Below are positions 39,241 to 47,789 of a stretch of 64,000 bases of DNA, piece by piece. The stretch's first letter is position 1, and every line of letters begins with the position of its first letter. Origin of the DNA: an uncultured bacterium. GTDB lineage: Bacteria > Myxococcota_A > UBA796 > CAJQPC01. Both the position numbers and the translations under genes were made by a program. The notes below the pieces were generated by a model, which saw only the letters and a program-made list of their open reading frames with translations, had not been told where the DNA came from and ran no database searches. The DNA lies in assembly GCA_963934385.1 (NCBI GenBank), contig CAWVYO010000001.1, positions 4,765 to 68,764 on the forward strand, given 5' to 3'.

Positions 39241-40841
39241 GTAGCGAAGCACTAGACATGTCGTCTTACCAAGGTCAAGACCACCCACTACTCTCAAAAA
39301 GCGGTAAGCCATTCACCGTTGTTTTGATGACTATTTATTCAGTTGAGAATGCTGGTTTACGGTATATTTCTGCTGCCCTTCAGAGAGAGGGGATAGCAGT
39401 TGAGATCGTATTTTTGCGGGACTGGGTTCATAATAATTTGGAAATGCCAACGGACTTAGAGTTCGAGATAGCCACAGACATAGCCCGACGAAAGGGTGCC
39501 GATTTAATCGGTGTAGGCTTTATGTCTAGCTTATTGCCAATGGCAAGAGAGCTAACAAAAAGGCTAAAGGACGCGCTGCCGAACACCCCTATCTGTTGGG
39601 GAGGAATTCACCCTACATCTGTGCCCATAGAGTGTATTGACGAGGTTGAGTTCCTTTGTGTTGGAGAAGGTGAGATGGCGATGATCGACCTCGCCCGCGC
39701 CCTCGCTGCAAATGAGCCTACAATCGCTATTCCAAACATTTGGGCAAATCAAGACGGCGTTGTCTATGAAAACAAGCCGCGCCCTCTAATTCAAGATCTA
39801 GACTGGCTACCGTGGCCGGACACCGCAGACGATAACAAGCACTACATCGAAAAGGGTCGAGTGACGATAGAGGAGCCTTGGAAAAGGAGCGCCGAGTATC
39901 GCATCTATTTTTCTCGTGGCTGCCCGTACAACTGTTCGTATTGCTACGTCTCTATTTTGCGCGACGTATACGATGAAAAAGGTAAAGCGTACTACCGTGC
40001 CCGTTCTGTAAAGCACATCATGGGCGAGCTTGAGCACGCCATGAAGACCTTCCCAAAGATCGCCCGAATAAAGGTCGATGACGACACTTCGTTCGCCTTT
40101 GGAAAGCCTTGGATGGAGGAGTTCTTAGTCGAGTATCCAAAGCGCGTGAACCTGCCCTTTGAGTGCATGCTCATTCCTCCAATGTTGCGACCACAAATGC
40201 TAAAGCGACTTCAAGAGGTCGGACTTGTAAGAGTTCAGACAGGGATTGAGAGCGGTTCAACAAAAGAGAGCAAGGAAATTCACAACAGGGCTCCAGGCAA
40301 CGTGAACATTCTTAAGTTTGCAGCGGCCAATAAAGAGCTGAAGCTCAACATTGTCTACGATATCATTGTGGACAATCCCCACGCTACAGAAGAGATGAAG
40401 ATTGAGACCGCAGAGTTTTTATTAGAACTTCCAGGTCCCTACGACATCTTTTTCTACTCTCTAAATTACTTCCCAGGCACCGCGCTCACAAAGGCGTCCT
40501 TGGCAGCTGGCACATTAGATCCCGAGTTGGTCGAGGGCCGCAACAACAAGGCTTGGCATCAGTTTAGAGTATCAATGGACTGGCCTAGAGATAATGAAGA
40601 GAAATTCTATCTCGCTATTTTCTGCTTGGCATCGAAGTCGTTTGTTCCAAGAGCATTCATTAGAAAGCTTCTCGATAATCGGGAATATTGGAAGAAAAAC
40701 GTCGAGCCTCTCCATTATCTGGCGTGGTCAGCGAACACCGTGAAAATGTTTTGGGTGGGGATGCGCTACTTTAGGAACGGAGAGCTTACTTGGTTTAAGT
40801 TGCGCCAATACGGTGATCTCACAAAGATGATCAGTCAGTAA
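39237..40841 (+). CDS. B12-binding domain radical SAM protein (class B), copy 2
   Basis: 'LIGVGFMSSLL...ICWGGIHPTSVP' and 'FSRGCPYNCSYCYVS' (CxxxCxxC). The ATG overlaps the upstream TGA as ATGA (39237-39240). Confidence 0.85.
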   Translation: MSSEALDMSSYQGQDHPLLSKSGKPFTVVLMTIYSVENAGLRYISAALQREGIAVEIVFLRDWVHNNLEMPTDLEFEIATDIARRKGADLIGVGFMSSLLPMARELTKRLKDALPNTPICWGGIHPTSVPIECIDEVEFLCVGEGEMAMIDLARALAANEPTIAIPNIWANQDGVVYENKPRPLIQDLDWLPWPDTADDNKHYIEKGRVTIEEPWKRSAEYRIYFSRGCPYNCSYCYVSILRDVYDEKGKAYYRARSVKHIMGELEHAMKTFPKIARIKVDDDTSFAFGKPWMEEFLVEYPKRVNLPFECMLIPPMLRPQMLKRLQEVGLVRVQTGIESGSTKESKEIHNRAPGNVNILKFAAANKELKLNIVYDIIVDNPHATEEMKIETAEFLLELPGPYDIFFYSLNYFPGTALTKASLAAGTLDPELVEGRNNKAWHQFRVSMDWPRDNEEKFYLAIFCLASKSFVPRAFIRKLLDNREYWKKNVEPLHYLAWSANTVKMFWVGMRYFRNGELTWFKLRQYGDLTKMISQ

Positions 40842-40952
40842 GAAAGGCGATCCTTTTGGTTAGGAGTACCTTCGAGCAAGTCTCCAGATCTAAGAAAGAT
40901 AGAAAAACATCTCAATTTGTGGCAGTTTATGATCACTTGCTAAAGTTTAGAG

Positions 40953-42290
40953 GTGTGTTTGAGTCACGTTAGAGGTTTTTTGATAGGAATGTTGGGGCTG
41001 ATTGGAACTGTAGCCTCCGCAAATACAGGTACTATTAATGTTGCTGTCAGCTCTGCTCCAGGAGAGATAGAGCTCGATGGTTTTCCGACTGGTCAAACTG
41101 CTCCAGCTATAATCGACTCCGTATCGCCAGGGGATCACCTAATTGAGCTTGAATATGGCTGCATGGTTGGCTCGGCCACAGTCACAGTATATCGAGATCA
41201 AGAAGCAGCAGCAGATGTACGTCTTGAAAATCGCGGTGGAGAAGGCACAGTGCGCCTTAGAGGTCTTCCTCGTTCCGCCTCTGTCTTCTTTGATGATGCG
41301 CCGCTTGAGGGCATTGACAGTGGCGTTCAGGTTGCCTGTGGTGGTCACAGAGTACGTGTAGAGGCCAGCGGGTTTGAAGACTGGGAATCAATGGTAGTCG
41401 TTACGACTGGCCGTTGGGTGACCCTTGAAGTTGCGATGATAGAGGGTCAGATTGAAGAGTCTGTATCCCCTGTCGTTGCTGCTAATGATGAGGCTCGCGG
41501 CGGTTGGGATGATGATGACGACGGTTGGGATGATGATGACGACGGTTGGGATGATGATGACGACGGTTGGGACGAACCAGTAGGTCAATCGAGAGAAGAC
41601 CTAGTTCGCGCTGAAAGAGATGCGAGAGCCCGTGCATCTGAAGAAAGAAGGGCTGCCGAGGCAGATGATAGAGCTCGTCGCGAGGCAGAGGAGGCTGAGG
41701 ATAGGCGCCGTGAAGAGGAGGCAGCTCTTGCTAGAGCTGAACGAGAAAGAGAGATGTACGGTGACCTAGACTCTCTAGATGGTCCTTCCGGTGGCGACGA
41801 AGAATTCGAAGAGGAACGCTACGAAGAGGATCGCTACGAAGAGGATCGCTACGAAGATGAAGAGTTTGAGGATGAAGAGTTTGAGGATGAAGATTCATGG
41901 GACGATGAGTTCAGAGGCTACTCTGACTCAGGCGACGATCTAGATGACGACTTTGGTGGTGGGAGCTCTATTAGAGGAAGCTCAGACGGTAAGCCAACGC
42001 TCTTGGCAGGTATTACAACAATCGCTGGCTTAGGTGGACTAGGGTTCGGAGCTTACACCTATATGGCCTACCAAGATTCCGCTGAAGCTTGGAAGACAGT
42101 GGCTGCTGAATTTGGGGCGACTAGTAATGAAGCAGATGGATTTTGGTCTCAAAATACAGAACCCAAATATGTGATGGCGATCACCTCACTTGTAGCGGGC
42201 GGGGTCATGACATCTATCGGTGGCGGACTATTCATCTTCAAGGTGATGGGTGACGACGGCGGGTTTGTTGGGTTCAATGGTGAGTGGTAG
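40953..42290 (+). CDS. PEGA domain protein with a long acidic/charged repeat region and a C-terminal TM segment
   Basis: Signal peptide, then two PEGA-like modules ('APGEIELDGFPTGQTAP...GDHLIELEY', 'SASVFFDDAPLEG...GGHRVRVEASGFEDW'). Next come 'GWDDDDD' x3-4, 'ERYEEDRYEEDRYEDEEFEDEEFEDED' and TM helices near the C-terminus. GTG start. Confidence 0.7.
   Translation: MCLSHVRGFLIGMLGLIGTVASANTGTINVAVSSAPGEIELDGFPTGQTAPAIIDSVSPGDHLIELEYGCMVGSATVTVYRDQEAAADVRLENRGGEGTVRLRGLPRSASVFFDDAPLEGIDSGVQVACGGHRVRVEASGFEDWESMVVVTTGRWVTLEVAMIEGQIEESVSPVVAANDEARGGWDDDDDGWDDDDDGWDDDDDGWDEPVGQSREDLVRAERDARARASEERRAAEADDRARREAEEAEDRRREEEAALARAEREREMYGDLDSLDGPSGGDEEFEEERYEEDRYEEDRYEDEEFEDEEFEDEDSWDDEFRGYSDSGDDLDDDFGGGSSIRGSSDGKPTLLAGITTIAGLGGLGFGAYTYMAYQDSAEAWKTVAAEFGATSNEADGFWSQNTEPKYVMAITSLVAGGVMTSIGGGLFIFKVMGDDGGFVGFNGEW
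41502..41564 (+). repeat. In-frame 21-bp tandem repeat GGTTGGGATGATGATGACGAC x3 (encodes GWDDDDD)
   Basis: Read directly; a fourth, partial copy follows. Confidence 0.9.
41816..41890 (+). repeat. In-frame 15-bp tandem repeats (CGCTACGAAGAGGAT x3, then GAGTTTGAGGATGAA x2)
   Basis: Read directly. Encodes RYEED x3 and EFEDE x2. Confidence 0.85.
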
Positions 42291-42307
42291 CTGACCAGAC
42301 TGTTTGA

Positions 42308-43300
42308 TTAGTAGACGTTGTAGCGCCGGCGGTTAGCCTCGTGCTCTGCCGCTGACCGAGACGGGTGAATTCTCCCATGTTCGTCGTGTAGATAGTACCA
42401 GTATCGGCTGTGCTCAGGAGCAAGTGCCGCATTAAGAGCGTCTAATCCCGAGTTCCCAATAGCGGTAGGTGGCAGCCCAGCCCTCAACCTTGTGTTGTAT
42501 GGATCATCCGGATCTCTGAGTGCGGCTAATAATCCAGATCTGTCGTTCCATTCAATTAGAGAATAGTGAGAGGTAGCATCGATACCCAGATGCCAGTCGT
42601 TCTCTAGACGTTTCCAGATGATTCCAGCGACAAGTGGCATCAACCCAGCCTCAGGCTCTTCTCGTTGGACCATGCTTGCCACTATGACAAGGTCATTGAG
42701 ACCGCGGTGGTTTACAGTCGCTCCAGCAGGGATGAGGAACTGGTCGCGGAATGAATTTAATTGTCGCTGAATAAAGCGCTTTACGAAATTGTCTGGATCG
42801 CGATTTGGCTCTACCAGGTATGTGTCTGGAAAGAGATAGCCCTCGAGGCTTGTCAGATCTCCAGCCATGTCTGTTGGCAGGGTGAACATGTTGGGATTGT
42901 TGGCAGCGGCGGTGTACTCCCCAGGCTCAGCCCACCCCTTAGCTGCGAGAGCATCGTCTATTTCTAGGATTCTCCACCCCTCCAAAATTGTAAATGGCTC
43001 ATCGTCGGGAATTGGTGGTCCACAGAGAACCTCAGCTATCTGTGGGATTGTCATTGACGGCGCCACTAAAAAATCGCCTGCCTTTAGGCAGTTGGTCTCT
43101 TGTTCGTTTCTTAGAAACCACTTCCAGTGATCGGTAGATTCTATAAACCCAGCTGTTTCGAGCATATCACCAACTCTGTACCCCGAAGAGCCTGCAGGGA
43201 CGATAAAGACGCGGGTCTCTCTGTCTGCCGGGTTTAGCGCGACGTCTAGGTCGGGCGGTATTAGAGAGCATCCGTAAAGAGAAAATAGTGTGAGTATCAT
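42308..43300 (-). CDS. mltG: Endolytic murein transglycosylase MltG (YceG family)
   Basis: 'LEGYLFPDTY', 'IVASMVQREE', 'YNTRLRAGLPPTAIGNSGLDALNAAL', 'YWYYL'. Confidence 0.88.
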   Translation of the reverse strand: MILTLFSLYGCSLIPPDLDVALNPADRETRVFIVPAGSSGYRVGDMLETAGFIESTDHWKWFLRNEQETNCLKAGDFLVAPSMTIPQIAEVLCGPPIPDDEPFTILEGWRILEIDDALAAKGWAEPGEYTAAANNPNMFTLPTDMAGDLTSLEGYLFPDTYLVEPNRDPDNFVKRFIQRQLNSFRDQFLIPAGATVNHRGLNDLVIVASMVQREEPEAGLMPLVAGIIWKRLENDWHLGIDATSHYSLIEWNDRSGLLAALRDPDDPYNTRLRAGLPPTAIGNSGLDALNAALAPEHSRYWYYLHDEHGRIHPSRSAAEHEANRRRYNVY

Positions 43301-43406
43301 GCTAGATGGCTAACATTTGTGTGGGGCGCTGGTCAAGCAGTAGCTCAATGGATTAAAGGGTAATCTACAAACTCAGATCACATTGATAGATGTAGATTGA
43401 ATATAA

Positions 43407-44228
43407 TTGAGGTGCAGCTTGGATCAGTTACGAGAACGAGTAGAGGCGGCGTGGCGCGGTGAAACCTCTGCTGCAGAAGCGTGGGCAGCAGCCAGTGAGG
43501 CTGTTGCAGTACTGGACCGAGGCGAGGCTAGAGTCGCGGAAAAAAGCGATGGTGAGTGGCGAGTTAATGAGTGGTTAAAGCACGCAATTTTACTCTACTT
43601 CCGTCACGCTCCAATGAAGACAATAGAGTCAGCTCCTTTTGAGTTTTACGATAAAGTTCCACTTAAGACTAATCTAGAGGCCGCTGGGGTGCGGGTAGTA
43701 CCCCCGGGCACTGTGCGCCACGGCTCTTTCTTGGAGCGAGGCTGTGTTGTAATGCCTGGTTATGTAAACATTGGGGCATGGGTTGGCGCTGGAACTATGG
43801 TTGACACATGGGCGACTGTTGGTAGCTGCGCACAAATCGGGAGAGGAGTTCACCTAAGCGGAGGCGTTGGAATAGGTGGCGTTCTAGAGCCAGCATCAGC
43901 GAGACCAGTGATTATTGAAGATGGGGCGTTTATTGGTTCCAGAAGCATAGTTGTTGAAGGCAGTATTATTGAGGAGGAAGCCGTTTTGGCCGCAAATGTG
44001 GTGATTACTTCTTCGACTCAGATAATCGACGTCACGGGAGATAAAGAGATAGTCTATAAGGGTAGAGTTCCCGCGAGATCTGTTGTAATCCCTGGGACTC
44101 GTGTAAAATCATTTCCGAGCGGTGACTATGGTGTTGCCTGTGCTCTAATTATCGGGAAGCGAAAAGCCTCTACAGATAAGAAAACCTCTCTCAACGATGT
44201 ACTCCGTGAGTTTGCCCTCTCTGTCTAA
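43407..44228 (+). CDS. dapD: 2,3,4,5-tetrahydropyridine-2,6-dicarboxylate N-succinyltransferase
   Basis: 'WRVNEWLKHAILLYFR', then hexapeptide repeats 'VMPGYVNIGAWVGAGTMVDTWATVGSCAQIGRGVHLSGGVGIGGVLEP'. TTG start. Confidence 0.88.
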   Translation: MRCSLDQLRERVEAAWRGETSAAEAWAAASEAVAVLDRGEARVAEKSDGEWRVNEWLKHAILLYFRHAPMKTIESAPFEFYDKVPLKTNLEAAGVRVVPPGTVRHGSFLERGCVVMPGYVNIGAWVGAGTMVDTWATVGSCAQIGRGVHLSGGVGIGGVLEPASARPVIIEDGAFIGSRSIVVEGSIIEEEAVLAANVVITSSTQIIDVTGDKEIVYKGRVPARSVVIPGTRVKSFPSGDYGVACALIIGKRKASTDKKTSLNDVLREFALSV

Positions 44229-45297
44229 ACAAGATCTTCGTGCTTGGTTGGTCGATACAACGCTCCAACTAGTCCAGGTCTCCTCACCCACAGGCGATGA
44301 GCGCGAGCTATGCGATATGGTAGAGGCTCGTCTGCGTTCCATATCTGGATTGATAGTTGAGCGAGTTGGAGACAGCGTGGCGGCCCATCGCCCTTGGACT
44401 GGACGTCCACGAGTGGCTCTGGTTGGTCATCTAGATACAGTACCTAAGAGCGATGGACAGGAGCCTACGCGCGTAGAGGGCGATCGCCTATTTGGGTTGG
44501 GCTCCTCTGATATGAAGGCGGGTGACGCTGTTATGTTAGCTCTGCTAGAGCTGGTTGAGCCCAGTGAAATGGCGTACGATCTCTGTATAGTACTATACGA
44601 TGCGGAAGAGGGACCATATGAGCAATCGGGTCTGGGTCCGCTGTTTGATGCCCTTGATTGGATAAAGACTGTAGATCTTGCGTTCTGTCTTGAGCCTTCG
44701 GATAACGTAGTTCAGGTGGGCTGTGTTGGTAGCCTTCACGCTAAGGTTACCGTTAGAGGTCGAGCGTGTCACTCCGCTAGACCTTGGCAAGGCGAGAACG
44801 CCATCCACAAAGCAGGTAACTTAATGACTCGCCTTGGGGCTCTAGAGCCAAAAGTGGTGACAGTTGCAGGTCACAAATTCTCAGAGGTAATATCCGCCAC
44901 TATAGTGAACGGCGGTGGCGCTAGAAATGTGATTCCTAGCGCCTGTGTGTTCAATATCAACTTTAGGTTTGCACCTGGAAAGAGCGAAGAGGCAGCTCTA
45001 GCAGAGTTGGTAGAGTTGGTCGGTGATCTCGCTGACGTAGAGCTAATAGACTCTTGTCCATCTGGTTCTGTTGTGGATAAAAGTCCGCTATTTGATCGCT
45101 TTTTGTCCTTATCTGGTGCCGATGTAACGGCAAAACAGGCTTGGACAGATGTCGCTAGGTTTGCTCAGATAGGTGTCGATGCGGTGAACTACGGTCCAGG
45201 AATATCTAGCCAAGCTCATCAGGCAACAGAGTACGTTGATATTGATCTAATTGTTGATTCGTACGACTCTTTTTATCGATTTCTTACTACCCCATGA
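44197..45297 (+). CDS. dapE: Succinyl-diaminopimelate desuccinylase (M20 family)
   Basis: 'VALVGHLDTVP', 'GLGSSDMKAG', 'VLYDAEEG'. Adjacent to dapD. The track start (ATG 44197) overlaps dapD by 32 nt; in-frame GTG 44206 and TTG 44212 are alternatives. Confidence 0.82.
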   Translation: MYSVSLPSLSKQDLRAWLVDTTLQLVQVSSPTGDERELCDMVEARLRSISGLIVERVGDSVAAHRPWTGRPRVALVGHLDTVPKSDGQEPTRVEGDRLFGLGSSDMKAGDAVMLALLELVEPSEMAYDLCIVLYDAEEGPYEQSGLGPLFDALDWIKTVDLAFCLEPSDNVVQVGCVGSLHAKVTVRGRACHSARPWQGENAIHKAGNLMTRLGALEPKVVTVAGHKFSEVISATIVNGGGARNVIPSACVFNINFRFAPGKSEEAALAELVELVGDLADVELIDSCPSGSVVDKSPLFDRFLSLSGADVTAKQAWTDVARFAQIGVDAVNYGPGISSQAHQATEYVDIDLIVDSYDSFYRFLTTP

Positions 45298-46904
45298 TGA
45301 CGCTGCGAACGACAACGTCGGGACTGTTCTTGGTCCTAATCTTGTTTGTCTCGGTTTTTGCGAGTATGCCACCAGTTGTAGACGAGGAGAGCTACCTCTT
45401 TATTGGAGGTATTATTGGTGAACACCTAGGTACTCCATATGATTGGTGGCGAGCATGGCAGCCTGTGGGAGAGATCCCATCAGATGATACGTTCATCTAC
45501 GCGCACCCTCCCCTGCACCTTTGGTGGAGCGCAATATGCCAAAGTCTCACCAACTCAATTTCGACTCTTCGCATTGCGGTAGCCCTTCCTTGGTTGGCCT
45601 TGCTGTCTGGCGCCGTGGCCTATCTTTCTCACGAGCTTTCTAAAAGAAAAGGTTGGGCTCTGTCCCTTTGGCTCTCTAGTCCAATCGTGTTGTTGGGGTG
45701 TCAAGCGAGCCTTATGATCGATCTACCATTTGTTGCCCTATCCAGCGCAGCAGTAGCTCTATGGGTTAGGTCTTGTAGGACAGAGGGGTCTTCTAGTCTA
45801 TCGTTTGTAGTAACAGGCGTTGTCTTGGGTTTGGCCTGTATCACCAAGTATCCGGCGCTAGTTTTGCTGCCTGTATTGGCTATTCACGCTAAAAATAGTG
45901 GAAATTTGGCTGGTTTAGTAAGAGCCCTCGTGGGGTTTCTGTTTGTATTTGGTGGGGTAGAAGTTTGGTTGATGGTTCAATATGGTGAACCTCATATTTG
46001 GGTCGCTATTGAGTCAGCGGGTACCATTGATCGGGGCCCGGTGTTTGGTCGAGGTTTTGGGTTATTAGTACGGTTGGGAGTGATGTTCTCTCCAGCGATT
46101 ATTTTCATGAATAGGCGGTTATTTGCGACAATATCAGGGGCTTTTGCAGGCGTTGTTGGGTTGGCTGTAGTTGGTCTTGGTGACTTTGGGGCTGTTGGAA
46201 TCACTGCCATTTTGATCTGTTGTGCTGTGTCGGGTTTTATTATCTATACGCTCATTACTGGGATTAGGCAGACAAAACTGAAATGCGATGACACCCTTTT
46301 ATTGGCGTGCTGGGCGGCGGCTGTCTTGCTGTCTGTACTTCTTGGACACAACTATGCGGGAGGTCGATACCTCTTGCCAGCTGTACTACCACTAGCCATC
46401 TTGATATCCAATACTGGGGTTCTTGGTGGCACAAGAGTACTGTGGAAGAGGTTGGCAGTTGGAGCCTGGGGGGGGCTAGGGTTACTTTTAGCGGTTGGTG
46501 TAGACAGGGAGGCGCGTGCAATTGTTGCTTTGGCGGAGTCCACTAGTGAACACCAGACATCAGGAGATCTTTGGTTCTCAGGTGAATGGACTTTTCGCCA
46601 CGCTATGGTTGAGGCTGGTTGGAGCTGGTTGGGTCCAGAAGGTCAAATACAGATTGGCGACTTAGTGGCCATCCCATCAAATTCAGGGGCCGGATTCTTG
46701 CCGGTAGCGGAACTTGTTTTAGTAGAACGGCTCGTGTCTGCCGAGCAGTACCCTTTTCGACTAATAGATTATCAAAGCGATCTGGGCTATCATTCGGAGC
46801 TTTTGGGTCGTTTACCATTTGGGTTTTCGTCAGGAGAATGGCATGTTGTAGAGCTATACAGAGTTGAATCACTCTTTGAAGTAGACCACGGGAATGATCA
46901 ATGA
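45294..46904 (+). CDS. GT-C fold glycosyltransferase-like membrane protein (ArnT/PMT_2-like)
   Basis: More than 10 TM helices. First-loop acidic motif 'VVDEESYLF' and 'IYAHPPLHLWW', typical of the PMT_2/ArnT family. C-terminal soluble domain of about 110 aa. ATGA overlap with dapE. Confidence 0.6.
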   Translation: MMTLRTTTSGLFLVLILFVSVFASMPPVVDEESYLFIGGIIGEHLGTPYDWWRAWQPVGEIPSDDTFIYAHPPLHLWWSAICQSLTNSISTLRIAVALPWLALLSGAVAYLSHELSKRKGWALSLWLSSPIVLLGCQASLMIDLPFVALSSAAVALWVRSCRTEGSSSLSFVVTGVVLGLACITKYPALVLLPVLAIHAKNSGNLAGLVRALVGFLFVFGGVEVWLMVQYGEPHIWVAIESAGTIDRGPVFGRGFGLLVRLGVMFSPAIIFMNRRLFATISGAFAGVVGLAVVGLGDFGAVGITAILICCAVSGFIIYTLITGIRQTKLKCDDTLLLACWAAAVLLSVLLGHNYAGGRYLLPAVLPLAILISNTGVLGGTRVLWKRLAVGAWGGLGLLLAVGVDREARAIVALAESTSEHQTSGDLWFSGEWTFRHAMVEAGWSWLGPEGQIQIGDLVAIPSNSGAGFLPVAELVLVERLVSAEQYPFRLIDYQSDLGYHSELLGRLPFGFSSGEWHVVELYRVESLFEVDHGNDQ

Positions 46905-47713
46905 TTAAGGGTGATTTACCCAGTTTTGAGTCGATCTATTTTAGATCTAGCCTAATTAAACAGGCAGTCGTTGGCTCATTTGTTCGGAACCTAAAGAGCT
47001 ATCCGCTGTTTACCACCGCATTGGTTGTGGCTGTTGTAGCCGTTCATTTGATGGTTTTTTCTCTAGAGCAAAGCATCTGGGAAGGTAGGCTTTTAGGTCC
47101 TTTTCCAGACATGAGGACTAAGGCGCTGCTTGTTTTTGGGGCGAGGTTTACCCCAGCTATAAGCGCAGGTGAACCGTGGAGGCTTATCTCTTGTGTTTTC
47201 TTACATGGGGACATGATGCATCTGGGTCTGAATATGGTCGCTCTATTCGGTCTTGGGAGGATCTGTGAGGCTGTCTATGGTCCTGCCAGGCTTTCTTGGC
47301 TGTTACTTGTGTCTGGAGTCTCGGGTTCTGCACTCTCTATGTATGGAGGGACGCCGCTATCTGTAGGAGCCTCTGGGGCGGTGTTTGGGCTGTTGGGCGC
47401 AGGCGTAGTTTTTGGTTTACGTTATCGGCACTATTTAGAAGGACCCCTAAAGAAGGTGTTTGGTCGAGGTCTTATGCCGTGGGTGATCTTGAATATTTCA
47501 ATTGGGCTATTTGTACCGCAGATAGACAATCTGGGTCACCTTGGAGGTCTGGCTGGCGGAGCCGTAATGGCGCTGATTTTAGGTAATCGCGTGATCCCCG
47601 GAGAGGAGGGGCACAGAAATTTGGGGCGGCTAATGACATGTGCTGTAATTGGGCTAACCACGTGGACAGTGCTGATGATGATAGACTCAGTCTTGGCAGC
47701 TTTAGGTAGCTAA
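46901..47713 (+). CDS. Rhomboid family intramembrane serine protease
   Basis: 'WRLISCVFLHGDMMHLGLNMVALFGLG', catalytic Ser 'GASGAVFGLLGA', catalytic His 'GHLGGLAGG'. ATGA overlap with the upstream GT-C gene (46901-46904). Confidence 0.88.
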   Translation: MIKGDLPSFESIYFRSSLIKQAVVGSFVRNLKSYPLFTTALVVAVVAVHLMVFSLEQSIWEGRLLGPFPDMRTKALLVFGARFTPAISAGEPWRLISCVFLHGDMMHLGLNMVALFGLGRICEAVYGPARLSWLLLVSGVSGSALSMYGGTPLSVGASGAVFGLLGAGVVFGLRYRHYLEGPLKKVFGRGLMPWVILNISIGLFVPQIDNLGHLGGLAGGAVMALILGNRVIPGEEGHRNLGRLMTCAVIGLTTWTVLMMIDSVLAALGS

Positions 47714-47789
47714 TTAAGATTTGTAAAATATCGCCAAAATTATGATTGAAAGTTGCATATTTTCCATTCGTAGATAAAAACACACGCCT

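Noticed and set aside
41502-41890. Tandem repeats here (and at 12695, 54921, 59211), considered as CRISPR-like or satellite arrays
   Set aside because: All have unit lengths that are multiples of 3 and are in frame inside good ORFs. They have no spacers and encode low-complexity acidic or TTD/DRN linkers, so they are coding microsatellite-type repeats, not CRISPR.
47650-47665. CTAACCACGTGGACAG, considered as a third parS site because it contains CCACGTGG
   Set aside because: Seven mismatches to the 16-mer found at 54752 and 60722, and the arms are not palindromic. Other CACGTG occurrences (about 15925, 24885, 52835, 63915) are equally poor.
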